From positions 2,369 to 66,368 of the forward strand of contig JAADYX010000127.1 in NCBI GenBank assembly GCA_010092885.1: 64,000 bases of DNA, in the 5' to 3' direction. Below the pieces are notes generated by a model. The model did not search any database and was not told the DNA's origin. It was given only the letters and a program-made list of their open reading frames with translations. The position numbers were made by a program, and so were the translations under genes. Positions within the stretch are counted from its first letter, which is position 1, and each line of letters begins with the position of its first letter. The DNA is from Chloroflexota bacterium. GTDB lineage: Bacteria > Chloroflexota > Anaerolineae > Aggregatilineales > UBA3940. This document shows, piece by piece, positions 56,681 to 64,000 of this stretch.

Positions 56681-58555
56681 ATGCCCACCCCTTACGACGG
56701 AAAAATCGCGATATGGCATGTGGCAGGCAGTTGGATCGGTGAAGCCACGATTGAGGAGGTTGGCGAAACCCTGAACGAATGGGCTCCCAACTTGGATGCA
56801 GTCTTCGTGAAGACAAGCCAGGGCGACCAATGGCAGGGCGCCAAGGACAGCAAGGCCTCCATGGCAATCAATGGACCGGATGATCTCGCTAAATGGGTCA
56901 ATGTCTTAGCAAACTTCGATTTGGAAGTACATGCCTGGTGTGTGCCACGCGGCGAAGATGTTGAAAAGGAGATCGACCTGATTGTGCAGGCATCTCAGGT
57001 GCCCGGTGTGCGCTCCATGATTCTGGATGTAGAGCCCTTTGACGGTTTCTGGAAGGGCACTAAAGAAGATGTCACAACGCTGTGCAGCGGCATTCGCAAT
57101 GCGTTAGGGCAAGACTTTCACATCGGCATGAGCGTTGATCCGCGCACGCAATGGTACAAACCAATCTACCCGGATGCCTGGCGTCCCTATGTAGATAGCA
57201 TCCACCCGCAGTGCTATTGGGCTCTGATGGGGCGTGAACCGGAAAGCGTTATCTCAGAGGCTTACGTGGTGTGGGGAGATTACGGCCTGCCGGTCTACCC
57301 GTTGCTGCAGGCATGGGATGTTTATGCGGATGCGATGCGTGAAGCACACGACATTGCCAAGGGTGTGCGTGGCGCGACCGGTATCTCATGGTTCCGGCTG
57401 GGGACGGCTGGCCCGATCCAATGGCCCGCCATCGATGATGAGATCGTTGACTCTGAGGTCGGCCCGGATGACATCGTGCGCTTCTACGATTGGGAAAAGA
57501 TCGTTACACCCGATGATCCGGGATACATGTCAGGCACGCATACCGGCACCCCAGTTGAGCAGGAGTTCGAAGAATTCACCAGTGTGCGCGGTCACACGGT
57601 TCGTTATAAACCCACCCAGGAGTTAAGCGATCGGGTTTGGGCACAGTGGGTGCCACGCCTCCCCACACAAGGCATCTATGAAGTATCGGTCTACATACCC
57701 AGCGAACACGCTACAACCACAGAAGCCCAGTATCATATCCATGGCATCGTCAGTCTGGAAGGCAGCGAACTGCTGGTGCGGTTTAACCAGAGCCGGTATG
57801 CCAACCAATGGGTACCGTTGGTTGTGTACGAATTCCAGGAGGGCGTCAACGGTGGGCGGGTCAACCTGACCGACCTCACCGGCGAAGATGATCGCGAGAT
57901 CGCCTTTGGGGCGGTGCGCTGGCGTCGCGTGGTAGAGCAGAAACCCATCGAGGAAGTCGAGCCACCGGACGACGAGGAGGAAGAGGAAGAACCGCCCGTG
58001 CCCGGCGACCCGACTCAGGGCTTTGATGCGCCCGTTGGTACAGTTGAGGAGCGCCTGACGACCAAAGTTTGGCCAAGCACATGGTACGACGCCACAGGCT
58101 ATGCCACCTATTACACGGTGGTAGGGCCAGCCTATCACACCGGGGTTGACCTGAATAACAACCGCCCCACGTGGGACTCCGACCGTGAAGCACCCGTGTA
58201 TGCGCCAGCTCACGGCATTGTGACGTATTCTGGCAACCTGGGTGGCACATGGCAGCATGTCATCGTCATCCGGCATGATCCCCTCCCCAACGGCGATATC
58301 GTCTGGACGCGCTATGCGCATGTCCACCAACCACGGGTATCAGAGGGTCAGCGCGTCGAACGCGGCGAGCAGATCGCGGTTATTGGCAATGCCTACGGCA
58401 GGTTGGCCTATCATCTGCACTACGACATCGTGAAAACCAACGTGTTGGAGCAGTATCCCGGTCATTGGCCCGGCCTCAACCTGGATCAGGTTTACACACA
58501 CTACCATAATCCGAAGAGCTTCACGATCTCTCACCGGCCTCCTGGCCGCGGCTGA
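56681..58555 (+). CDS. multidomain cell-wall hydrolase: N-terminal TIM-barrel-like (GH25-like?) domain, central beta domain, acidic linker, C-terminal M23 peptidase
   Basis: M23 motifs HTGVDL, RYAHV, HLHYDI. N-terminal pattern VFVKTSQG...VHAWCVP...MILDVEP loosely resembles GH25 muramidases. No N-terminal signal peptide is visible. Confidence 0.75.
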   Translation: MPTPYDGKIAIWHVAGSWIGEATIEEVGETLNEWAPNLDAVFVKTSQGDQWQGAKDSKASMAINGPDDLAKWVNVLANFDLEVHAWCVPRGEDVEKEIDLIVQASQVPGVRSMILDVEPFDGFWKGTKEDVTTLCSGIRNALGQDFHIGMSVDPRTQWYKPIYPDAWRPYVDSIHPQCYWALMGREPESVISEAYVVWGDYGLPVYPLLQAWDVYADAMREAHDIAKGVRGATGISWFRLGTAGPIQWPAIDDEIVDSEVGPDDIVRFYDWEKIVTPDDPGYMSGTHTGTPVEQEFEEFTSVRGHTVRYKPTQELSDRVWAQWVPRLPTQGIYEVSVYIPSEHATTTEAQYHIHGIVSLEGSELLVRFNQSRYANQWVPLVVYEFQEGVNGGRVNLTDLTGEDDREIAFGAVRWRRVVEQKPIEEVEPPDDEEEEEEPPVPGDPTQGFDAPVGTVEERLTTKVWPSTWYDATGYATYYTVVGPAYHTGVDLNNNRPTWDSDREAPVYAPAHGIVTYSGNLGGTWQHVIVIRHDPLPNGDIVWTRYAHVHQPRVSEGQRVERGEQIAVIGNAYGRLAYHLHYDIVKTNVLEQYPGHWPGLNLDQVYTHYHNPKSFTISHRPPGRG

Positions 58556-58598
58556 TCAAATGGCTCTTGCCCACGGAGTGGGCACCGACCAGCAGTGC

Positions 58599-59000
58599 TC
58601 ACTCCGGCGCGTTGATCAGAAAGGTGGCTCCCCGGTCGAAGTACTCTACCATCTGCGAGCGAATCGGTTCGGGGATGCCAACCTCATCGATCGCTTCAAC
58701 CATGTAGGTAAACCAACGGTCGCGGGCTGCGGGGGTGATTGCATAGGGCATGTGGCGCATGCGCAGCCGCGGGTGCCCCTTCAGTTCGTTGTAACGGGGT
58801 GGACCGCCCCAATACTGCGTCAGGAAGAGGAACTGGGCTTCCTTACCTGGTTCCAGATCATCAGGAAACATCGCACTGAGCATGTCATCCTGCTCAATGC
58901 GGCGGTAGAAGGCTTCCACCAGTGCGCGAAACGGTTCGTCACCACCCAGCCGTTCATAGACTGTTTCACCCTTGGGGTTGAGAACAAGTGGTTCACTCAT
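58599..59000 (-). CDS. glbO: group II truncated hemoglobin
   Basis: YERLGG...FYRRI..D..L..MF, LFLTQYWGGP..Y...GHPRLRMRH. Confidence 0.85.
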   Translation of the reverse strand: MSEPLVLNPKGETVYERLGGDEPFRALVEAFYRRIEQDDMLSAMFPDDLEPGKEAQFLFLTQYWGGPPRYNELKGHPRLRMRHMPYAITPAARDRWFTYMVEAIDEVGIPEPIRSQMVEYFDRGATFLINAPE

Positions 59001-59073
59001 CGGATATCTTTCTCTCTATATCACAGTTGCTGTGTTAAACTATAGCAGGTGTCCAATTGACCTTCACGGTGCA

Positions 59074-61416
59074 ATGAAAAAACGACTTCTTGCTATCGTC
59101 ATGCTTTTACTCGTCCCGGTCGGCGTTGCGCAGGCCGCGGATCAGGTTCAGGCCCCTCGCGGCGATACCTACTACGGCATCAACTTCGTCGAACCCACCG
59201 AACCCTGGCTGAGCCTTGGTGCGGAAAGCGGCGCGGGCGTCGTCCGTTGGCAGTTCAACTGGCGCGATCATGAACCCTCGCCTGGCCGGTGGGAATGGGG
59301 CCTCGCCGACAGCTATATCGACACATGGCGCAACGCCGGGATCCAGGTCCATGCGCTGCTGCACTATCCACCTGACTGGGCCATGGAAAACCCCGGCACC
59401 GGTCTGATGCCCGTCAACCGCGACCTGCCATGGGATCACCCGGATAATGGATGGGGCCGCTACTGCCACGAGTTTGCCAAACGCTATCGGGGGCGCATCT
59501 TCAGCTATGAGATCTGGAACGAGCCCGATCTCGACCAGTACTGGGAAGGCAATGCTCGCCAGTACTTCCACATTATGAAAAGCTGCTACATGGCCATCAA
59601 GGCAGCTGACCCGAACACACCCGTCTCCATGGCAGGGATGGCGCTGCTCGTTGAGCCGGACTTCTTCCCTTCTGTGGTGCGCTACGCCGTACAGGATCCT
59701 GAAGGCCCTGCCAACAACTACTTCTTTGATGCAGCCAACATCCACATGTACAACTACGCGCGGCTCACATACACGCTGACGGGGCAGACACGCTGGGTGC
59801 TGCGCCAGTACGGTCTGGGTGACAAACCGATCTGGATCACCGAGACCAACATCGCGCTGCGTGGCTATGGCATCAATGACGATGAACCCGGTTGGTGGAA
59901 TGCCACAGAAGAGGAGATCGCCTGGTATATGGTCCAGGCTGTCGCCAACGCCCATGCCGCCGATGCTGAACGCTTCATGGTATTCCGGCTGCATGACTCC
60001 GCCATGGAACAGGCGTGGGGCCTTGTCAAGAATGACGGTGAGCCCCGCATGAGCTACACAGCTTACCAGACGGCTATCGGTCTCATGACAGACATCGTTG
60101 ATGGTGATCGCCAGACGGCCGGCGATATCGAGAAAGTCATTTTGCTGCGTGGTGATGGCACTCGCCTGACGGTCGTTTTTACGACTTCCGGTCGGGCAGC
60201 CAACGTGACCCTGCCCGCAGCTACCACGGAAGCACGCGTGTATGACTCCCAGGGAAACACTACACTTATCCAGGCCCGCGGCGGCGCCTACCGGCTCAAC
60301 TTACCGGCCGCTGAAGGGCGCAATTTCTCCCGTCCAAATGATTATACTGTCGGCGGGCCACCCCTCATTCTCGTTGAAGAAAACGTTGGCAGCCTACCAA
60401 ACGCACCCGCACCCAGCCAGCCGGAAGAGGACAAGCTCCCGCCAACCGCCTCTCTTGCTGTTGAAGCCATCCCTGGTTCACAGGAGAGCATCCGGATCAC
60501 CTGGTCGGCCTCCGATCTCGGTGGCAGCGGCGTTGAAACGTATGATGTGGAATTCAGCCGTGACGGCGGCCTGACATGGCAAACCTGGCTGGAGGATACG
60601 CAAGAGGTCGAATCCCTCTTTGAGATGCCGAGCGGTGGATACTATTTGTTCCGTGTGCGCGCGGTCGACGAGGCAGGGAACATGGGGGCTTTCTCACAGC
60701 CCATAGAGGGGGGCATAAAGCCCGTCGGCTACCTGACCGGCTTTGTGGTTGACCTGCGCGGCCAACGCATCCCCTTTGCGCGGCTCACCCTCGGTGATGG
60801 CACGCTGCACGACGCTGACGAAACCGGGCGCATTCAGCTTGAGCTGCCATTGGGTGAACAGCATCTGCAGACGATCGATGGCTCCATCCACGGCGTTTTC
60901 TATCCGGATGAGACTATCGATGTGCAGTTGGCAGAGGAGTATGTGCGCACGTGGCTGCTCCTGCCCCGTGAAAACCTCGTGGCGAACGGGAGCTTCAATC
61001 AGGACTTGGAAGGCTGGCAGATTGCCTCTCCGGCCTCCGCACAGGCGGTCTTTGCCCGCGGAGAACAGCTGCTCCAACTTGCTGGCAAACGCAGCCCATG
61101 GGGTGATCCTTCCGCCTCAGTGACTGTTGACCTACCTGGCTATGCCAACGGCGTGATCAGCTTCTTCTACCGCCAGCCGGATGCAGCCTCTCATGCGCGG
61201 CTACGTGCCATTCATGCCGAAGGCAGCGATGTTCTGTGGGAATCGGTAGGGCCTACGCCGGATTTCACACGGGCCTTCGTGGACCTCACCCCTTACGCAG
61301 GCAGGCGGATCACACTCCGGTTTGAGCTGGTGGGGCGTGGCAAGGGGGTTCCATCCGGCATCCTTCAGATCGATCATGTTCTGGTCGGTGATGTGCCCAT
61401 CTTGCCCAACCAATAA
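59074..61416 (+). CDS. secreted clan GH-A glycoside hydrolase (GH39/GH5-like) with FN3, carboxypeptidase-regulatory-like and CBM-like C-terminal domains
   Basis: Start moved to ATG 59074 (MKKRLLAIVMLLLVPVGVAQA signal peptide). Acid/base motif EIWNEPD, nucleophile motif WITETN, FN3 segment ITWSASD...YLFRVRAVDEAGN. Confidence 0.75.
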   Translation: MKKRLLAIVMLLLVPVGVAQAADQVQAPRGDTYYGINFVEPTEPWLSLGAESGAGVVRWQFNWRDHEPSPGRWEWGLADSYIDTWRNAGIQVHALLHYPPDWAMENPGTGLMPVNRDLPWDHPDNGWGRYCHEFAKRYRGRIFSYEIWNEPDLDQYWEGNARQYFHIMKSCYMAIKAADPNTPVSMAGMALLVEPDFFPSVVRYAVQDPEGPANNYFFDAANIHMYNYARLTYTLTGQTRWVLRQYGLGDKPIWITETNIALRGYGINDDEPGWWNATEEEIAWYMVQAVANAHAADAERFMVFRLHDSAMEQAWGLVKNDGEPRMSYTAYQTAIGLMTDIVDGDRQTAGDIEKVILLRGDGTRLTVVFTTSGRAANVTLPAATTEARVYDSQGNTTLIQARGGAYRLNLPAAEGRNFSRPNDYTVGGPPLILVEENVGSLPNAPAPSQPEEDKLPPTASLAVEAIPGSQESIRITWSASDLGGSGVETYDVEFSRDGGLTWQTWLEDTQEVESLFEMPSGGYYLFRVRAVDEAGNMGAFSQPIEGGIKPVGYLTGFVVDLRGQRIPFARLTLGDGTLHDADETGRIQLELPLGEQHLQTIDGSIHGVFYPDETIDVQLAEEYVRTWLLLPRENLVANGSFNQDLEGWQIASPASAQAVFARGEQLLQLAGKRSPWGDPSASVTVDLPGYANGVISFFYRQPDAASHARLRAIHAEGSDVLWESVGPTPDFTRAFVDLTPYAGRRITLRFELVGRGKGVPSGILQIDHVLVGDVPILPNQ

Positions 61417-61424
61417 ACGAAAAA

Positions 61425-61445
61425 GACCCCGCACGCAGCGGGGTC
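61425..61445. terminator. bidirectional intrinsic terminator
   Basis: aaaaa-gaccccgc-acgca-gcggggtc. A U-run follows on the minus strand, downstream of the 47 aa ORF. Confidence 0.7.
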
Positions 61446-61464
61446 CAGTATTCTCTGTTGCAGC

Positions 61465-61608
61465 CTATTCGGCGTCTTCAACGCGTTCGTACTTCGGCGC
61501 GTAGGCCCCGTTGTCCTTCTGAACATACGAGAGCTTCATCACAGCCTTCTTGATATCGCCCTTACGCGCCTTACCAACGGTCTTCTTTGCACCCTTCTTA
61601 CCGGCCAT
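61465..61608 (-). CDS. 47 aa highly basic small protein (unannotated in the ORF track)
   Basis: GAGGAGG SD 6 nt upstream of the ATG. Translation is MAGKKGAKKTVGKARKGDIKKAVMKLSYVQKDNGAYAPKYERVEDAE, with a TAG stop followed by the terminator. Confidence 0.55.
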   Translation of the reverse strand: MAGKKGAKKTVGKARKGDIKKAVMKLSYVQKDNGAYAPKYERVEDAE

Positions 61609-61656
61609 TTGTCAGCCTCCTCTTTCAAACGTAGTTCTCAGTTGCAGTATACCGGA

Positions 61657-62979
61657 TTACGGACCCGTTGGTCCAGTCGGATCCAGCGTGTCAATGCTGT
61701 CAAAGTTCGCATCCAGGAACAGATTGAAGAAGCTCTGTCCCAGCAGGCTGGGCTCACCAAAGGACAAGAAATCAACGCGCGGGTCTGTGGCTACCTCCAG
61801 CGGATCAGGCACATCGACGCCGTACACATCGAGGATGTAGTTCAGGGTAACCGTATCGGTCGCGATATCGGTGATGTTATCGTCGAGCGCACTGCGCAGA
61901 ACCAGATCGATGTCGGCCCCGATCTCAAGCGAATACTTGAGCACCAGTGCGTCCTGCCGCGTCATGATCAATGTGGCAGTCAGCGGCGGCGGGATCTGCG
62001 TAGGTGTTGGGGTAGGCTCGGCCTCTTCTTCCGGAGGCGGCTGTGCCGCTTCTTCCTCAGGTACAGGCTCTGCCGTTGGCTCTATCTCCTGGGTGACCAC
62101 AATGGGCTGGTACAGGTCCAGCAGAGGTGCTGTACCTACGTGGAGGACAACCGCATTGTCAATGATCAGCTGCGTTGATTGACGCGGACGCTGTGACTCA
62201 CTTGGAATGATCAGCAGCGATGAGTCGAAAAACACTTCTTCAGCGTAGCGCTCATCGGGCAGATCATCACCCGGATCATAGAAGCGGATGAATTCATCGA
62301 GCGACTGCAGGGTGATGACGTTAGTTTCCGGGTTCAAAGTCACCGTGGCACCGCGGTTGCCCAATTCCGATTGGAACTCCTGGTCCACATCCACAAAGCG
62401 GTAAGAGGCTAAGATGTCGACGTGGTCGCCCTCACGCAGCAGGTAGGACACACTCGACACGTTGGTGATGGGCAGCGTAATGGCCACAAAGCCCGATGGA
62501 ATCCGCAGGGTGGCATCGCTGCCTACACGCACCAGATCGATGGGCTCATCCCCGGGTGTCAGCATAAAGTCCTGAATGGGCTGCCCGCTGATGATATCCG
62601 TTCGGGCCACACGCCCTTCCACCTGCCCGAGTCCTTCATCCTCGCCATCCCCGACTGTCAACAGCGTTGGGGGCAGCGGGTTGGCCGGATCGTCTGGGAA
62701 GGCCACAATTGTCACATCGGACAGATTGAGCCGGGCTCCGCGCGGAATATCCCGGTCGGCGACGATAACGTTCACGATGGGCGGTGTTGCTGTGGGGGGT
62801 ACAGTTGGTGTGGTTTCTTCCTGCGCTACCTGGGGCGTTTGCTGCCCGCCACCAGGTCCGGTTAGACCCGCGATCAGGCCGAGCACGAAAATGCCTACAA
62901 TGATCAGCAGGACGACGACCACAAGCACAACGAGCAGAATGATGATGCCCGTTCGATTTCTACTGGTGCCAGCACCCAT
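61657..62979 (-). CDS. cpaB: Flp/Tad pilus assembly protein CpaB-like (SAF + RcpC domains) with long C-terminal extension
   Basis: GAGGAG SD. N-terminal TM helix. VNVIVADRDIPRGARLNLSDV (SAF), VARTDIISGQPI, LLREGDHVDILASY, then a Pro/Glu/Thr-rich linker. Confidence 0.7.
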   Translation of the reverse strand: MGAGTSRNRTGIIILLVVLVVVVLLIIVGIFVLGLIAGLTGPGGGQQTPQVAQEETTPTVPPTATPPIVNVIVADRDIPRGARLNLSDVTIVAFPDDPANPLPPTLLTVGDGEDEGLGQVEGRVARTDIISGQPIQDFMLTPGDEPIDLVRVGSDATLRIPSGFVAITLPITNVSSVSYLLREGDHVDILASYRFVDVDQEFQSELGNRGATVTLNPETNVITLQSLDEFIRFYDPGDDLPDERYAEEVFFDSSLLIIPSESQRPRQSTQLIIDNAVVLHVGTAPLLDLYQPIVVTQEIEPTAEPVPEEEAAQPPPEEEAEPTPTPTQIPPPLTATLIMTRQDALVLKYSLEIGADIDLVLRSALDDNITDIATDTVTLNYILDVYGVDVPDPLEVATDPRVDFLSFGEPSLLGQSFFNLFLDANFDSIDTLDPTGPTGP

Positions 62980-63124
62980 GCGGTTAGCTCCTCATGGTGG
63001 GTTGAAACAAGAGGCAGACGCCTCCCTCGTATTATACGTCATTCAATGCACAAAGCAACCTGAGAAAAAAGTCACCGGCCGCCCTGGGGCGAGCCGGTGA
63101 CAGATGGGTCAAACGATGGTCGAA

Positions 63125-64000
63125 CTAGCGGGTCAGATAAGGACGGCTGTCCAGCGTGATGCGCCAGGCAAAACTGTCGTTCTGGCCCGTTCGGTAGTTT
63201 GCTGTAAGTGTTGAGCCGTAGAAGGCGATGCCATCCGACAGGCCCGGAATGGCGAACTCATAGCCGGTCCATGTACCGTTGCCAGGAATGGGGATGTCGT
63301 CAGGCCCTGAGCGAGTGACACCGACCAAATCGTTACACTGATCATCATTGTCACCATAGCAGATCACCCAGTCGGACTGGGGCACGTCCTCAAAGTAGAA
63401 GTAGATCGGCCCCTGAGCACCAGCATCGGGATCAAACAGGTCAATTGCTAGGTCCTGGCCCTCAAACTGGTTGCTGATATACGTCAGCGGGATATCCACC
63501 CGGGCACCCACATTGCCGTTCTGGGGTAGGCGCCCCAGCGCGAACACCACGGCATCATCAAAGATGCGCCGCGGGTCATAGGTGCTGTCCGAGCGCTCCA
63601 CGGCGATGTTCATCAAGTTAAACACGTGCATATTGCGTGCGTTGGCATCAGAGGGCAAGTGTGTGATGACGTTTTCGTCATCCGGCGGCGGCCCCGCCCA
63701 GAACTCATACCCGTTCTCCGAAAAGCCGCTTACACCGATCACCTCAATGTACAGGAAGCGGTTGCCCGCTGCATCGGTGAAGATGTTCGGCACCTCACTG
63801 GTGAGGTCAATGGTGAAGTCGCCATTGCCTTCGCATTCGTTGTCGGCGTTGCCGAACGGCTCATCTGCCACCGCAGCGTACGGGAAGGAAGGCAGATAGT
63901 CCACGATGGTTGCAGTCCGCATGGCGTCGCAGTCTTCAACCTCAGCCAATGGCTCGCTGTTAAAGGTGCCATCGCCGTCCCAATCGCCCAATGTGCAGAA
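63125..64000 (-). CDS. C-terminal part of a large secreted Asp/Gly-rich protein (5' end beyond the window), possibly pilus-associated
   Basis: The frame is open to nt 64000. Beta-rich and acidic with several Cys pairs. Function is suggested only by position upstream of cpaB. Confidence 0.55.
   Translation of the reverse strand, partial: FCTLGDWDGDGTFNSEPLAEVEDCDAMRTATIVDYLPSFPYAAVADEPFGNADNECEGNGDFTIDLTSEVPNIFTDAAGNRFLYIEVIGVSGFSENGYEFWAGPPPDDENVITHLPSDANARNMHVFNLMNIAVERSDSTYDPRRIFDDAVVFALGRLPQNGNVGARVDIPLTYISNQFEGQDLAIDLFDPDAGAQGPIYFYFEDVPQSDWVICYGDNDDQCNDLVGVTRSGPDDIPIPGNGTWTGYEFAIPGLSDGIAFYGSTLTANYRTGQNDSFAWRITLDSRPYLTR

Noticed and set aside
58569-58583. Short hairpin gcccac-gga-gtgggc between the M23 gene and the globin gene as a terminator
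   Set aside because: It has only 6 bp with a 3 nt loop and no U-run on either strand, which is too weak to call.
61465-61608. Small ORF next to cpaB as a Flp pilin
   Set aside because: Flp pilins have a hydrophobic core and a G/XXXXEY processing motif. This peptide is lysine-rich with no hydrophobic stretch.
1-64000. CRISPR arrays, IS elements, integrases, tRNA/rRNA genes, prophage or genomic-island boundaries
   Set aside because: Both strands were scanned for regularly spaced direct repeats, terminal inverted repeats and transposase- or integrase-like translations in the ORF track. None was seen, and composition looks uniform apart from short AT-richer promoter regions.

Overview
This is a gene-dense 64 kb chromosomal segment with high GC (roughly 58-60% by eye). 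I call about 50 protein-coding genes, many linked by overlapping stop and start codons. I found no rRNA, tRNA, CRISPR array, transposase, integrase or prophage block. Calls rest on the six-frame ORF track plus motifs read directly from the translations. No database search was possible, so every family name comes from motif recall.

Gene content suggests a filamentous Chloroflexota-like organism, but this is inference only. The supporting signs are many GT-C/GT39-type membrane glycosyltransferases, an LVIVD beta-propeller giant, a translin-like protein, Tad/CpaB pilus genes and frequent GTG/TTG starts.

Recognisable housekeeping genes:
- DNA and RNA: family-4 UDG, holA, ssb, rnz, tsaB, rimI.
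- Metabolism: pyk, surE, ino1, an IMPase, a PGI/PMI isomerase, a truncated hemoglobin.
- Envelope and transport: mreB-mreC-mreD-PBP2, a P-type Ca2+-type ATPase, a heterodimeric ABC exporter.
- Regulation: an ECF sigma/anti-sigma pair, an Rrf2 regulator, and two histidine kinases with no response regulator nearby.

Features most worth a second look:
1. The elongasome operon ends in a 970+ aa DUF2723/GT-C membrane protein in the position where rodA normally sits.
2. A roughly 100 aa C-terminal module recurs five times across three separate GT-C proteins.
3. A bacterial XPB helicase-Bax1 (DUF790) nuclease pair is chained to Nudix, HAD and holA genes.
4. ssb is translationally coupled to a TRAX/C3PO-like translin-family gene.
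5. A co-directional triad comprises an acidic helical protein, a membrane-anchored double-HKD PLD protein and a 938 aa HerA/FtsK-like ATPase with a Tyr/Gly-rich tail.
6. An unannotated 47 aa highly basic ORF has a strong Shine-Dalgarno (SD) sequence and its own terminator.

Several start codons were moved from the ORF-track maximum to internal ATG/GTG codons that have SD sequences or stop/start overlaps.
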